Shown: piece by piece, positions 48,690 to 58,464 of the stretch
Position numbering within the stretch: the stretch's first letter is position 1
Layout: each line of letters opens with the position of its first letter
IMG/VR virus record: IMGVR_UViG_3300027816_000056
Origin: a virus
DNA length: 64,000 nucleotides
Strand: one strand, 5' to 3'
Position numbers and translations under genes: made by a program
Notes under the pieces: generated by a model
What the model was told of the DNA's origin: nothing
Databases searched by the model: none
Seen by the model: only the letters and a program-made list of their open reading frames with translations

Positions 48690-50179
48690 TGTGCTACTAT
48701 TCCTGTTCGTTCATAAACTCGTTCTTCTACTCGATGCAATGTGTATGATGGTCTTGATTCTTTTTTAATTGAAAATAAATAGTTAAACATTTCAATCATT
48801 TTGTTACCCATCGATTCTGCAGTCAATCCGTATTGCATGCACCATACTCTTCCGCAAATTCCAGATGACTCTCTCACTTCAGGATCCATATCATACCAAT
48901 AACGAATTGCATCGGCTACATCTTCAAAACTTACTCGATCATCAAAGATATATGGTGTTGCTGGTGATCCTTGTAATGATCTATTGGTTGGAAATACTGG
49001 TTTTGCCCAACTTCCATGTTTCTTAAACTTACCGGTATGATTTGTTGCAAATTCACCATTGAAACGAATCCATTCTCCATTTTCATCTTGAAAACCACAT
49101 TGATCTTGCAATCCACCAGTTACATTGTTAATTATTGGAGTACCTGATAGCATCGCTTCGGTTGAACTTAATCCCCATCCTTCGTTGCTACCAATATTAA
49201 CTACAACATCAGCTACATTGTACATTGCATTAAGATCTTGTGAAGATAATTTTTGTTCTGAAAACAATATTTTACAATTTGGTGCTAATGCCTTTGCTAC
49301 TGCACGAAGATCCGTTCCATTTTCATCAATTGCTTGAGTATGCATTAATAATGCAACACGACTCTGTTGTTCTGCTGGTAACTGATCTACAAAATGTTTG
49401 AATGCAATAACTAAATCACCTGGTTGCTTCCTTCTAATATTTCGATTGTTCCAAAATACTACAAAATCTACGCCGTTACGTGTTTTAATGCGTTCATACA
49501 TTTGCTTGTATGTTTCATCGGTTTTTGGTAACGGCTTAAACATGTTGTGATTCAATCCGTGCGGCACAAATCCGGTAACTACTTGATTCCATTTAAGATC
49601 TGCAGGAGCTGAATCTCCATCATCATAATCTACAACCCCAAATCCGTTCTGTTTAAGCACTTCTCTGTGAATATTATCAGATTGCTTACTAATGCCCATA
49701 ATCATATCACAACTGCCGTAAAAAGGGGCGTTCCACATTGGATACGGCAAATCATCCCAAATAGAATAATACGTAATTGGAACACCAAACGTTGTTTTAA
49801 TTTCATGTTCTAGTTGATACAACCAAGTCCAGTAACGAGGATCTGTAAAGTGAAGAATTGCATCGGGACGTTCTTGATTCAAAATTGCAAACAAGATGTT
49901 TCTGTCTCCATATCCATTCCATGGAATCAATTTAACTGACGCATCTTGTATGCCAGTTTCTCGAGCAATTTCTTGAGACAAATCAAATGCTTTGCCGGCA
50001 TCTGGATGATTGATTGCTGCACCTAATTGCACCCAATCAAATTCCTTAACGGTGTTTAAAATAATTTCTTTGCTAACTGTTCCAATTCCAGATGGAAGAC
50101 GGAAATCATCTGCTAATAATAGAATTTTCTTTTTTGCAGGACGGTTAGGATCAATTTTTCTTAATTTTGGTAACTCCAT
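48686..50179 (-). CDS. glycosyltransferase family 4-like
   Basis: SGIG, PHG, NRNIRRK, NEGWGLSSTEAM. Confidence 0.87.
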   Translation of the reverse strand: MELPKLRKIDPNRPAKKKILLLADDFRLPSGIGTVSKEIILNTVKEFDWVQLGAAINHPDAGKAFDLSQEIARETGIQDASVKLIPWNGYGDRNILFAILNQERPDAILHFTDPRYWTWLYQLEHEIKTTFGVPITYYSIWDDLPYPMWNAPFYGSCDMIMGISKQSDNIHREVLKQNGFGVVDYDDGDSAPADLKWNQVVTGFVPHGLNHNMFKPLPKTDETYKQMYERIKTRNGVDFVVFWNNRNIRRKQPGDLVIAFKHFVDQLPAEQQSRVALLMHTQAIDENGTDLRAVAKALAPNCKILFSEQKLSSQDLNAMYNVADVVVNIGSNEGWGLSSTEAMLSGTPIINNVTGGLQDQCGFQDENGEWIRFNGEFATNHTGKFKKHGSWAKPVFPTNRSLQGSPATPYIFDDRVSFEDVADAIRYWYDMDPEVRESSGICGRVWCMQYGLTAESMGNKMIEMFNYLFSIKKESRPSYTLHRVEERVYERTGIVAQ

Positions 50180-50202
50180 TTATTATTCCTTATAACTTTA
50201 TT

Positions 50203-50210
50203 ATAAATAT
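50203..50210 (-). promoter_or_regulatory. class B promoter element ATATTTAT upstream of sugar cluster
   Basis: Recurrent octamer ~24 nt upstream of first GT. Confidence 0.45.
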
Positions 50211-50212
50211 GA

Positions 50213-50617
50213 TTAACCTAATATTACTACCGGTTTTTCTAGTTTCTTTACGGTATTGTATGCTGTCTTTAAAACTGGATCTAATGCAGTTTCATTGGTC
50301 ATAATCATCATGTAATCGCAATGCTGTGCAATGAGTTTCATGCGATGATGAAGTTGGCTGAAATGATATGGTTTGCCGTAATATGTTTCTGGCATTGCTG
50401 AGTATAAATTATATCCAGAAAATGACGGATTGAATTCTCGATACTGCATACCAAATTCTAATGCATATTTTCTAACCATGCTGTTAGCACCTTCATTTCC
50501 TCCGGCACCTATGACCGTTAACTCTTCTGGAAACTTGCGTTTCAACATTTGCAAAGTTTCTTGCACTTTGCGTTTATTCTGCCAACCAGTATTTCCAATT
50601 ACTGCTACTTTTGTCAT
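50213..50617 (-). CDS. SLOG-superfamily (YspA/DUF2493-like) protein
   Basis: KVAVIG, GAGGNEGAN...YA, final KLEKPV. Confidence 0.6.
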   Translation of the reverse strand: MTKVAVIGNTGWQNKRKVQETLQMLKRKFPEELTVIGAGGNEGANSMVRKYALEFGMQYREFNPSFSGYNLYSAMPETYYGKPYHFSQLHHRMKLIAQHCDYMMIMTNETALDPVLKTAYNTVKKLEKPVVILG

Positions 50618-50829
50618 ATTGTTTTCTCGTATAAGAATTTGACACCTTTTGGCATATGACCGTATGCAATTCGAAGCATACCTTCTAACAAGGCTCTATT
50701 TTCTTTACCGTTAGGATCATCATGATTTGTTAGCAATGTATATTCACACTTCTGCCATCCAACATATGGAGCACGTTTTTGTATTTCAAATCCGTATACA
50801 AAAGTATGTTTATGTTTATATGCTATCAT
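50614..50829 (-). CDS. hypothetical protein
   Basis: Coupled ORF. Confidence 0.55.
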   Translation of the reverse strand: MIAYKHKHTFVYGFEIQKRAPYVGWQKCEYTLLTNHDDPNGKENRALLEGMLRIAYGHMPKGVKFLYEKTI

Positions 50830-50836
50830 ACTACTA

Positions 50837-51805
50837 TTATAATGATTTATCCGTACGAATCCTATTTTCTCGGGGACAATTTACATAATCAGTTTTAAAT
50901 GGACAATACTTGCAATTCTTATCACCTTTGCCAGCAACAGCTTCATATTGTCTATCTGCTAACTTGTTGCCGTCTGCATCAAAGCAATGATCAATAAAAT
51001 TGTCAATATGTTTTTGTACTTTGCGTTGAGTTACTGTGCCTGCTGCAGGTCGTAACAATTGGATGCGTTTCTGAGGAAACATTGATTCTTCAACAAGTTT
51101 GCGTTTAACTATGAAAAACTCAACTACAATGTTTTCTTTAGGGACGCCAAACTGACGTGAAAAATAATTCTTATAGGCAACTAGTTGTGCCATTTTCAAA
51201 GAATCTGACTTTTGATATTTATTCCAACCACTTCGGCTTGTTTTGATATCGTATATATGAATTGTATTGGTAGGTACATGACGCAAAACTAAATCAATAA
51301 AGCCGTACCAATATACCGAAGAATTTGTCTCTGATGCCGGTTCGCAAAGTTCTAATTCAATTCCAACCAATTCCCAATCCTTTGTCGAGAAGTATTGTTT
51401 GCGACGTTTCTTGAACCAATCTAATATAGCAACACCATCTTCTAAATATTCTGCCATTTGCAACGGATTGGAAAAATGTTCTCCGTTAGATTCATCAACA
51501 CGTCGTTTGTATTCTTCTCGAAGCTTGTTTGTTAGAATGCTACGGAAATCCAATGCATCTGCACGTTTAACTGAATCTGTATACATTACGGTTAAATAAT
51601 GTTGCAATGTTTCGTGAAAAGCCGTACCAAAGCAAGTTTCTATGCTAGATTGAAATGGAGCTAATCCATCAATATATGCAAGTTTCCATGACAACGGACA
51701 ACGTTCAAACATGGACCATTGTGAATAAGATATCTTACGAGGAACTGATGTAGCATCACGTAATGATAACGTATAGATAGGATTAATATAGTTTCCAGAT
51801 TTCAT
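50837..51805 (-). CDS. PD-(D/E)XK nuclease (RecB/Cas4-like)
   Basis: SYSQ...CP, GTAFHE, E, GFIDLV, YDIKT, QL..Y, CKYCPF. Confidence 0.85.
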   Translation of the reverse strand: MKSGNYINPIYTLSLRDATSVPRKISYSQWSMFERCPLSWKLAYIDGLAPFQSSIETCFGTAFHETLQHYLTVMYTDSVKRADALDFRSILTNKLREEYKRRVDESNGEHFSNPLQMAEYLEDGVAILDWFKKRRKQYFSTKDWELVGIELELCEPASETNSSVYWYGFIDLVLRHVPTNTIHIYDIKTSRSGWNKYQKSDSLKMAQLVAYKNYFSRQFGVPKENIVVEFFIVKRKLVEESMFPQKRIQLLRPAAGTVTQRKVQKHIDNFIDHCFDADGNKLADRQYEAVAGKGDKNCKYCPFKTDYVNCPRENRIRTDKSL

Positions 51806-51811
51806 ACATAT

Positions 51812-51840
51812 AATATATGAAATTATTTTGTAAGATCCAA
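51812..51840 (-). promoter_or_regulatory. class A promoter
   Basis: TTGGAT-N17-TATATT. Confidence 0.55.
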
Positions 51841-52038
51841 ATAATGTTGCCGTTGTTCTTGCAGATAAATATCAATTAAATCTTTTGTTTTGTTAAGATC
51901 TTGTTCAAATGTACCTTTATGTCGGCATCTTACAATGCGTTTAATGATATCAAATTCATAGCTATTAAGTGACCACTCTTCTGCAAATTTATACAAGCTA
52001 TCTTTACCTCTGTAGTGTGATTGTGTGTTTACGCTCAT
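51823..52038 (-). CDS. DUF3310 (SaV-like) protein
   Basis: SHY...IIKRIVRCRHKG...DLNK. Confidence 0.6.
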   Translation of the reverse strand: MSVNTQSHYRGKDSLYKFAEEWSLNSYEFDIIKRIVRCRHKGTFEQDLNKTKDLIDIYLQEQRQHYLDLTK

Positions 52039-52487
52039 TTCTTAACTCCTTTGATCATTGTTTTTATTTCACGTTCAGCATAACCGTATAATGACAGAAG
52101 ACGGGTGCATTGTTCTTGATTTAATAATTCGGCGTAGTCGATTGCTTCGGATTTGCTTACTTGATAATGTTCTGCAATCTGATCAATCAATTTGTCTGAA
52201 TATTTATCGTCTTTTTTACCTTTAACATACTTTGCAAAACCTTTGCTTGTTGGTAGTATTTCATGATAAAGGCGATATGTTTCTCTAGGTCGTAACAATC
52301 CTATTGTATATGTTTGTAACTCATTAACAAGTTCTATCAGATCCTGCCGCATTGATAGCCATCGATTCACAATAAATGGAGAAAACTTTGCCTGATCTGT
52401 TTCAGACCATTTACGCCATTCTTTCTTTTTGTGTGTGACTCCATCAATAAAATCAAAAATTGTTGCACCCTTTTTTTCTTCTGCCAT
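52035..52487 (-). CDS. clamp-loader small subunit (T4 gp62-like)
   Basis: FSPFIVNRWLS...VNE; YQVSKSEAIDY; near gp44-like gene. Confidence 0.7.
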   Translation of the reverse strand: MAEEKKGATIFDFIDGVTHKKKEWRKWSETDQAKFSPFIVNRWLSMRQDLIELVNELQTYTIGLLRPRETYRLYHEILPTSKGFAKYVKGKKDDKYSDKLIDQIAEHYQVSKSEAIDYAELLNQEQCTRLLSLYGYAEREIKTMIKGVKK

Positions 52488-52489
52488 GT

Positions 52490-52702
52490 TTATAGTTTAT
52501 ATTTCTGCTTGTATTTTTCTTCAAATAATTCACCCATACCAATTTCTAAAATAACTGCTGCATCTGGTATGCCTGGTATTTTACGTTCTAACACATCATC
52601 AATGCTTTTGTTTCTCAATGTTTTCATTTTTATTTTTGCATTGCTACGAGCTGATGTTTTGAAAACTAATGTTACATCAGCTTTATGATATGGCACCGAC
52701 AT
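52490..52702 (-). CDS. hypothetical protein
   Basis: Coupled ORF. Confidence 0.55.
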   Translation of the reverse strand: MSVPYHKADVTLVFKTSARSNAKIKMKTLRNKSIDDVLERKIPGIPDAAVILEIGMGELFEEKYKQKYKL

Positions 52703-52923
52703 TATTTTTTCAATTTAATTGGTTGAAACTCTTCCGGAATAGCACCACAATCATCGCATCTAAATACCGGTACTGGTACCATTGTATCTTTGTCTCCGCC
52801 TGTTAGAAACTTTGACACTTTGTTAATTGCCATTACCTGACGAAAATACAATCCGTCACATTCTTTGCATTGTATCGGTTGCATATCATTAGGACCGATA
52901 TTTACATTTAATTTATTACTCAT
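52702..52923 (-). CDS. zinc-ribbon protein
   Basis: CKEC and CDDC pairs. Confidence 0.7.
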   Translation of the reverse strand: MSNKLNVNIGPNDMQPIQCKECDGLYFRQVMAINKVSKFLTGGDKDTMVPVPVFRCDDCGAIPEEFQPIKLKK

Positions 52924-53846
52924 ATTTCTCCTAAAATATTTACAAACATTGCCATTGCATTGATTTCTTTGTCTACTACACTAGCATCTTTAAATTGCGA
53001 CTCTGCAATAATCAATATTACCGGTGCAATATGGCCGTGAGCAAATTCATCTAAGTTATCATATAGAAATGTATACAATGGCGTAAAATCTCGCACTTTG
53101 CTATCCGCAATAATTTGACGAATTTTAGTAAATGCTGCCTTTTTATCTTTGCTATTACGCAGAACATCCAAAATTTCCGTCATGTAATTGGCTTGTATGC
53201 TACTTGTTTTGTCTAATTGCAATACTCCGTTAACTACGGATGCTTGTGCTGCATTAATTGCACGACGAATATCTGGATAAGATGCATTAATGATTGCTGC
53301 TACGTCTTTGATGTCATATCGTATTTCATTTTCTTCAAGTACTTGCACTAATCGCTTTGCTACATCCGTTTTATTGGGTGGAGTTATTGCAAATGTCTGA
53401 CAACGAGATTGAATTGGGTCAATAATCTTTTCAACATAATTACATGTTAAAATGAATCGTGTTGTTTTGCTATAAGTCTCCATTAAATTGCGAAGTGCGG
53501 CTTGAGCATTAGGTGTCAAGTAATCTGCTTCATCTAAAATAATGATTTTCCAACGACGAAATCCAACTGTAGATGCATATCTTTTAATTTTATCTCTAAC
53601 AGCATCCACCGAGTTTTCATCCGATGCATTTATATACATAACATCGGCGTCCACACTAGAGGCAATGATTTTTGCCAACGTGGTCTTCCCAGTTCCAGCT
53701 GTGCCATAAAATAACAAGTGAGGAACGTCGCCATTAGCAATAAATATGCCAACTTTTTCAATGATATGTTCATTTCCTATATATCCTTCTAATGTATCTG
53801 GGCGAAACGATTCTACCCAGAGTGTATTTTCTGTGTTTCCGTACAT
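52920..53846 (-). CDS. clamp-loader ATPase (RFC small subunit / T4 gp44-like)
   Basis: WVESFRP, GTAGTGKT, NASD, LDEAD, QSRC. Confidence 0.93.
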   Translation of the reverse strand: MYGNTENTLWVESFRPDTLEGYIGNEHIIEKVGIFIANGDVPHLLFYGTAGTGKTTLAKIIASSVDADVMYINASDENSVDAVRDKIKRYASTVGFRRWKIIILDEADYLTPNAQAALRNLMETYSKTTRFILTCNYVEKIIDPIQSRCQTFAITPPNKTDVAKRLVQVLEENEIRYDIKDVAAIINASYPDIRRAINAAQASVVNGVLQLDKTSSIQANYMTEILDVLRNSKDKKAAFTKIRQIIADSKVRDFTPLYTFLYDNLDEFAHGHIAPVILIIAESQFKDASVVDKEINAMAMFVNILGEI

Positions 53847-53848
53847 AC

Positions 53849-54274
53849 TTAAATACCTGTTGATCCAAATCCTTTGTCACCTCGTTTAGTTCCGGATAAT
53901 GCTCCGGTAGGCAACCATTCTATATGTTCTACTTTGCAAAGAACCATTTGAGCTATTCGATCTCCTTTTTCAAATTCAACAGCTCTAGGACCATGATTAA
54001 TTAAAATAACTCCTATTTCTCCTCTATAATCACAATCAATAGTGCCTGGAGAATTCAATACAGTGATTCCATGTTTCAATGCCAATCCGCTTCTTGGTCT
54101 AATTTGTATTTCATATCCTTGCGGAATTTCTACATATAATCCGGTGTTAACTAGAATTCTAGTACCCGAATCCAAAAATATGTCCTCGTTGCAACAAATA
54201 TCTAAACCTGCGGATCCCGGAGTCTTATACTGCGGGATCGGATTATTGGATGTGTTTTTTACTGGTACTATCAT
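53849..54274 (-). CDS. dut: dUTPase
   Basis: SAGLD, RPRSGLA, GTIDCDYRGEI, RIAQ, RGDKGFGSTG. Confidence 0.96.
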   Translation of the reverse strand: MIVPVKNTSNNPIPQYKTPGSAGLDICCNEDIFLDSGTRILVNTGLYVEIPQGYEIQIRPRSGLALKHGITVLNSPGTIDCDYRGEIGVILINHGPRAVEFEKGDRIAQMVLCKVEHIEWLPTGALSGTKRGDKGFGSTGI

Positions 54275-54279
54275 AACAA

Positions 54280-54990
54280 TTAATTCTGTAACATTACTAA
54301 CCAATATGTTGAATCAAAATCATTTCCAACAAAATCTATACGAGCTAATCCATCTGGTGATACATGCAACTGACCAGCATCTCCTCGATTTGCTACAAGT
54401 ACTTCTTTCAATTTATCTGCAGAGAAACAAACTGGATCCATATCTGCACCTGGAGTATTGCCTACTTCAAATGTGATGTTGTCTGCATTTACGGTACTAT
54501 AATTAATAATAAAACGAATTACACCACCTTTAACTTGAACTGCAAAGTTTTTAGCATCAGGCAAAGCATTTTTTGCTTTGATAAATTTAGTAATAAACTC
54601 ATCATTAACTGGAATTTGAATTTGATAATCAGGCTCTGCATTGATTGCAGGTACTGCTGGAATGACAGTGGTATCAGCTAACATAAAGGTTGCTTCAGTT
54701 TTTCCTTCGCTGATTTTCATTGCATAGTTTTTACCTGCAGAATCTTTAACATCAATTTCAATATTTTCACCTAGTGCTGATAACATTTTAATTAAGGCGC
54801 CTGTATGATTGATTCCTAATTCGCCTTTCATGAAAGGAGTCGTTTTCCATTGAATTTTACCTACAACGGTTTGATCAATATCAATTAATTCACATCCGAT
54901 TCCTTCGGCATTTTCTTTTAGTTTAACTGCCTCGCAATTACCAGCAAGATAATAACGATTAATTAATGATTGTAATTTGCTTTTTTCCAT
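54280..54990 (-). CDS. DNA polymerase sliding clamp (gp45/PCNA-like)
   Basis: 236 aa, two-domain beta/alpha pattern, lies between polymerase block and clamp loader. Confidence 0.7.
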   Translation of the reverse strand: MEKSKLQSLINRYYLAGNCEAVKLKENAEGIGCELIDIDQTVVGKIQWKTTPFMKGELGINHTGALIKMLSALGENIEIDVKDSAGKNYAMKISEGKTEATFMLADTTVIPAVPAINAEPDYQIQIPVNDEFITKFIKAKNALPDAKNFAVQVKGGVIRFIINYSTVNADNITFEVGNTPGADMDPVCFSADKLKEVLVANRGDAGQLHVSPDGLARIDFVGNDFDSTYWLVMLQN

Positions 54991-55001
54991 TTTTATCCTG
55001 A

Positions 55002-56264
55002 TTAAAATTTAAAGAATTTATTAAAGTTTTCTGCATCGGTAGTTGAAATTGAATCACCTCCGAATTTTTTATATGTTTTAATATACTTTTCGTATACTTG
55101 TGGTGCTGCATCTGGATCTGCAAACATTTCATGCAATGATAAAATCACATCATATAAATCTTTAGGAACTACTGTTTCTAACAATTCAACGTGACTATCA
55201 ACTAATTGATTTATTTCTTTTGCAGCATTCACATACAAATGGGTATTATGAACAACCATTCTAGGCATAGCTTCTTGTGAATATCTATCTAATCCAGCAT
55301 CCGTCTTACCGCCGAGATATTCATATGTAAAATCAGCACAAGCTGGACATCCTAATTGACAAGGTACATGTTGTGTCAAATCAATTCCAGTTACATCACC
55401 CGTTTTGCCTTGTTTGATATGTGACTTACGTCGATACTCAGCATTCTTTGGAAAATACAATTCAGAGAATGTTTGTGTCTTGAAATTTGTTGAATGAAGA
55501 TACGTTCCAAATACTGGATATTGTCCTGGTGATGATGAATCCGTTGTTACTGTAATTCTTCCTCCGTAATGTTTATTCATTAATTTTTGCATTGTTGCTA
55601 AAATAAAGAAATCGGAAATTTTACTAATTCCTAACAAGTGAAGATATTCATTACGAGTTTTTTCAAATTCTCCTTCTTTAAGCATTAATGATAATGCAAA
55701 CATGAAATCAACTAATTTTTGTGGACCACCAATCGCCCATCCTTGAAAATCAAAATGCTTGAATTTATGATACCACCATGTATATTCCTCAGCATTCGAT
55801 CCTTGCAACATATTCAAAAACTTAGTCTTACCGCTTTGATGTTTTTCAAACCAAGCAAAGTTATCATAACTAATATCTGCACATGTTGCAAATTGATTTC
55901 TATATTTAGTTTTAGGTGGTATATCTAAATTTGCTGCAACATCGCTGTTTGCTTCTAACCAATGAAAAATCTTTTCACGAAGTTCATTACTATACGGCAA
56001 AGCACCAGTTGCAATCTGATATCCTCCAGAATCTCCAAATACTAATACATCTTTTTCTAATCCTAGTTGATCTCGAAAATCCATTTTTTTGTAATGATGT
56101 CCTGCCGTAATCAAAAAGTATGGATGTCTCCAATCTTCTGGATAACGAGAGTCAAAAAACTTTACAGGGTCACCATTTGAAAATTTCATATCTTTCTTAA
56201 ATGCAGAAACCATAGATCCTGCAGATAATGATGGAAAGTATATGAATCTTTTAGCTTCGCTCAT
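55002..56264 (-). CDS. tRNA-guanine-transglycosylase-like protein (DpdA-type 7-deazaguanine insertion enzyme)
   Basis: GDSGGYQ, LDIPP, LQG, WAIGG, HLLG, DSSS, C-x3-C-x2-C...HN Zn site. Confidence 0.8.
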   Translation of the reverse strand: MSEAKRFIYFPSLSAGSMVSAFKKDMKFSNGDPVKFFDSRYPEDWRHPYFLITAGHHYKKMDFRDQLGLEKDVLVFGDSGGYQIATGALPYSNELREKIFHWLEANSDVAANLDIPPKTKYRNQFATCADISYDNFAWFEKHQSGKTKFLNMLQGSNAEEYTWWYHKFKHFDFQGWAIGGPQKLVDFMFALSLMLKEGEFEKTRNEYLHLLGISKISDFFILATMQKLMNKHYGGRITVTTDSSSPGQYPVFGTYLHSTNFKTQTFSELYFPKNAEYRRKSHIKQGKTGDVTGIDLTQHVPCQLGCPACADFTYEYLGGKTDAGLDRYSQEAMPRMVVHNTHLYVNAAKEINQLVDSHVELLETVVPKDLYDVILSLHEMFADPDAAPQVYEKYIKTYKKFGGDSISTTDAENFNKFFKF

Positions 56265-57291
56265 TGTATTCCTTTAGTTTATTAATTAATTTTGTTGCTG
56301 AAAAAAAGTTTTTATGTAATGCTGTAACCAGTTGATTAATATTAGTTGTTATATCAGCATTTTCATATTCTAATATTGCTTGAACCACATCATCTATACT
56401 ATTCGCACGTTTAAACATCGGCGAATACATTTCAGTGTATGATAATCTATCTGGCACAATCGGACATGCTCCTGCACAAGCTGATTCATACATTGATATA
56501 CCTAATGTTTCTTGATCTGCAAATGATACTGCAAACTTAGCTCGTCGAAGCAATTCATGATATTCTGGTTTAGTTAAATTCATTTCCATTGCTACACAGA
56601 ATTGATAATGTGCTAATTCTGGACGAGCTGCTAATTCTTGAAATAAGTCTAATCGTTTCTCAGGAGCTATACGGTGCGGAAACACTATGATGTTTTCTTT
56701 TTCTGCCCAAGCTTTTGGTTGAATTATATTTTTGGTATATTCCATTGGCCAGCCCGTACGATGAAATGTTAAATTGAATGATATATCATATGTTTTACTC
56801 ATTAAATCAAAGTGAGCTTGTGTTGCTAACCAATTGAAATCAAATGCAGATATAAATGATTGTTCTGCGTGTCGTATCCACGATTTTCCTCCTACGAGAC
56901 GACCTAAAAAATCATTTGGATCATATGACCCCGCGTGCCATAGTCCGTGCGTTACAACGGGAATATTTAGGAGTTCGCTCATGTATTTTACATTGATAAT
57001 ACCCGGATGCCATGCATCTGTAAAAATAATATGATCTCCTGGCTGAATATGTCCTCGGGTAAACATGTAACTTAAAGAATGAACTTGCTTTGCTTTATAC
57101 ATGTTAGTACCACCAAAATTTAAGAATGCACCTGGAGTGGTTGCTTCTGGAATATTCAAATCTCCCTCTACAACAATTACTTCAAATCCAGCTTCTTCTA
57201 ATAATTTTGGTACATGAGTCTTCCATTCGCAGGTATAACGAGTTGGTACTGATTCTATGTCAACTAAAAATATTCTCATCTTATCTTTCAA
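56251..57291 (-). CDS. GT-B glycosyltransferase
   Basis: FPHRIAPEK and QETLGISMYE motifs. Confidence 0.8.
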   Translation of the reverse strand: MKDKMRIFLVDIESVPTRYTCEWKTHVPKLLEEAGFEVIVVEGDLNIPEATTPGAFLNFGGTNMYKAKQVHSLSYMFTRGHIQPGDHIIFTDAWHPGIINVKYMSELLNIPVVTHGLWHAGSYDPNDFLGRLVGGKSWIRHAEQSFISAFDFNWLATQAHFDLMSKTYDISFNLTFHRTGWPMEYTKNIIQPKAWAEKENIIVFPHRIAPEKRLDLFQELAARPELAHYQFCVAMEMNLTKPEYHELLRRAKFAVSFADQETLGISMYESACAGACPIVPDRLSYTEMYSPMFKRANSIDDVVQAILEYENADITTNINQLVTALHKNFFSATKLINKLKEYNERS

Positions 57292-57631
57292 TTATCGCTC
57301 CATTTTCCCAATCTTCCCAAACTTCTACTTTGTATAATTCTGGAAATTGATCTAATAAAAATTCTCCAATAGCTTCGCATGACATTGCACCAAATTCTAG
57401 TACATTATATGCATCTTTTTCGAAATACATATGAAGATTTCGTTTTATCTCTCGATTTAATAAAATAAATTCTTTGTCTCGATCCGTATGCGTTACATGT
57501 GCATAACATCGAAATCCAAACATGTGTCGATGTCTATCCGATAAGAATGCTACTTCCGGGAACACATCTTTAGCAGCGGGCCAACAATGAAACCCTTCAA
57601 TACTAAATGTTACTACTACGCTGTACTTCAT
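57281..57631 (-). CDS. QueD/PTPS-like T-fold protein
   Basis: GFHCW, HRH, DRDKEF, SCE, VWED pattern. Confidence 0.65.
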   Translation of the reverse strand: MKYSVVVTFSIEGFHCWPAAKDVFPEVAFLSDRHRHMFGFRCYAHVTHTDRDKEFILLNREIKRNLHMYFEKDAYNVLEFGAMSCEAIGEFLLDQFPELYKVEVWEDWENGAIIER

Positions 57632-58019
57632 CTGCAATTAATTGTTTATATTTAGTTGTAGACCAACCATGTGATCTATCAATGTAATGAATAAGAGTAC
57701 CTAAATCTTTACCGGTAAAATCTTTTCCAATGTAATCATCTCCTAGGAAACGAATATCCGGATCAATACCTTTAATAAATTCATAAAGTATTTTTTCCGT
57801 AGAATACGTTATAACTTCATCAATCATTTCTAATGAAAGCAACATTTCTTTACGTTCGGCTACTGATAAGATAGGTTTCATTTTTTCTGGACGTTCGATA
57901 CTAGGATCTTCATGTAACAATACAATCAACCTAGTACAATGTTTTTTACATTCATTAAACATCTTAATATAACCTGGATGTATTACATCAAAGTTACCAG
58001 CAATTACTCCTATTTTCAT
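57603..58019 (-). CDS. cytidylyltransferase (TagD/RfaE-like)
   Basis: GNFDVIHPGY, ER, GDDY, STT. Confidence 0.85.
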   Translation of the reverse strand: MKIGVIAGNFDVIHPGYIKMFNECKKHCTRLIVLLHEDPSIERPEKMKPILSVAERKEMLLSLEMIDEVITYSTEKILYEFIKGIDPDIRFLGDDYIGKDFTGKDLGTLIHYIDRSHGWSTTKYKQLIADEVQRSSNI

Positions 58020-58441
58020 TGTCTATCGAATTTATAATCATCTGGAGTTACTTGTTGCATATTATGCACTGTGGTACAATACAATGAATAATCTGCATAC
58101 ACAACTTTAATACTATCTGTTTTCTTTAGCAATCCAGCATCTTTACAATCCAACATTAATAAGATGTGAGCTCGAATTCTAATCATTGGTGGTATCTTTT
58201 CTAACATACCAGGAGTAACTTCTAATGTTACAAAACTAGTATCAGAAATCATTCTGAATACCATATCCCATCGCTCTTGTTCAATTAACTGCTGTGTAGC
58301 TCCGGAACAAAAATAAACATGTGCTATTTTATTTGCTACAATTTTATCTAATGCCTTTACATCAGCAATAAATAAAGTTTCAATATCGGTAAAGCGACCT
58401 TCTACTTCTTTACCATACCAATGAGTTCTATAACCAATCAT
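58016..58441 (-). CDS. hypothetical protein
   Basis: WYGKEVEG...TLF...YKFD; first gene of the block after promoter TTGGAA-N17-TATAAT (58447-58475). Confidence 0.65.
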   Translation of the reverse strand: MIGYRTHWYGKEVEGRFTDIETLFIADVKALDKIVANKIAHVYFCSGATQQLIEQERWDMVFRMISDTSFVTLEVTPGMLEKIPPMIRIRAHILLMLDCKDAGLLKKTDSIKVVYADYSLYCTTVHNMQQVTPDDYKFDRQ

Positions 58442-58464
58442 ACCATATTATAATAAAATAATTG

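Noticed and set aside
50837-51805. Cas4 as part of a CRISPR-Cas locus
   Set aside because: No other cas genes or array; stand-alone PD-(D/E)XK nucleases are routine in phage replication blocks
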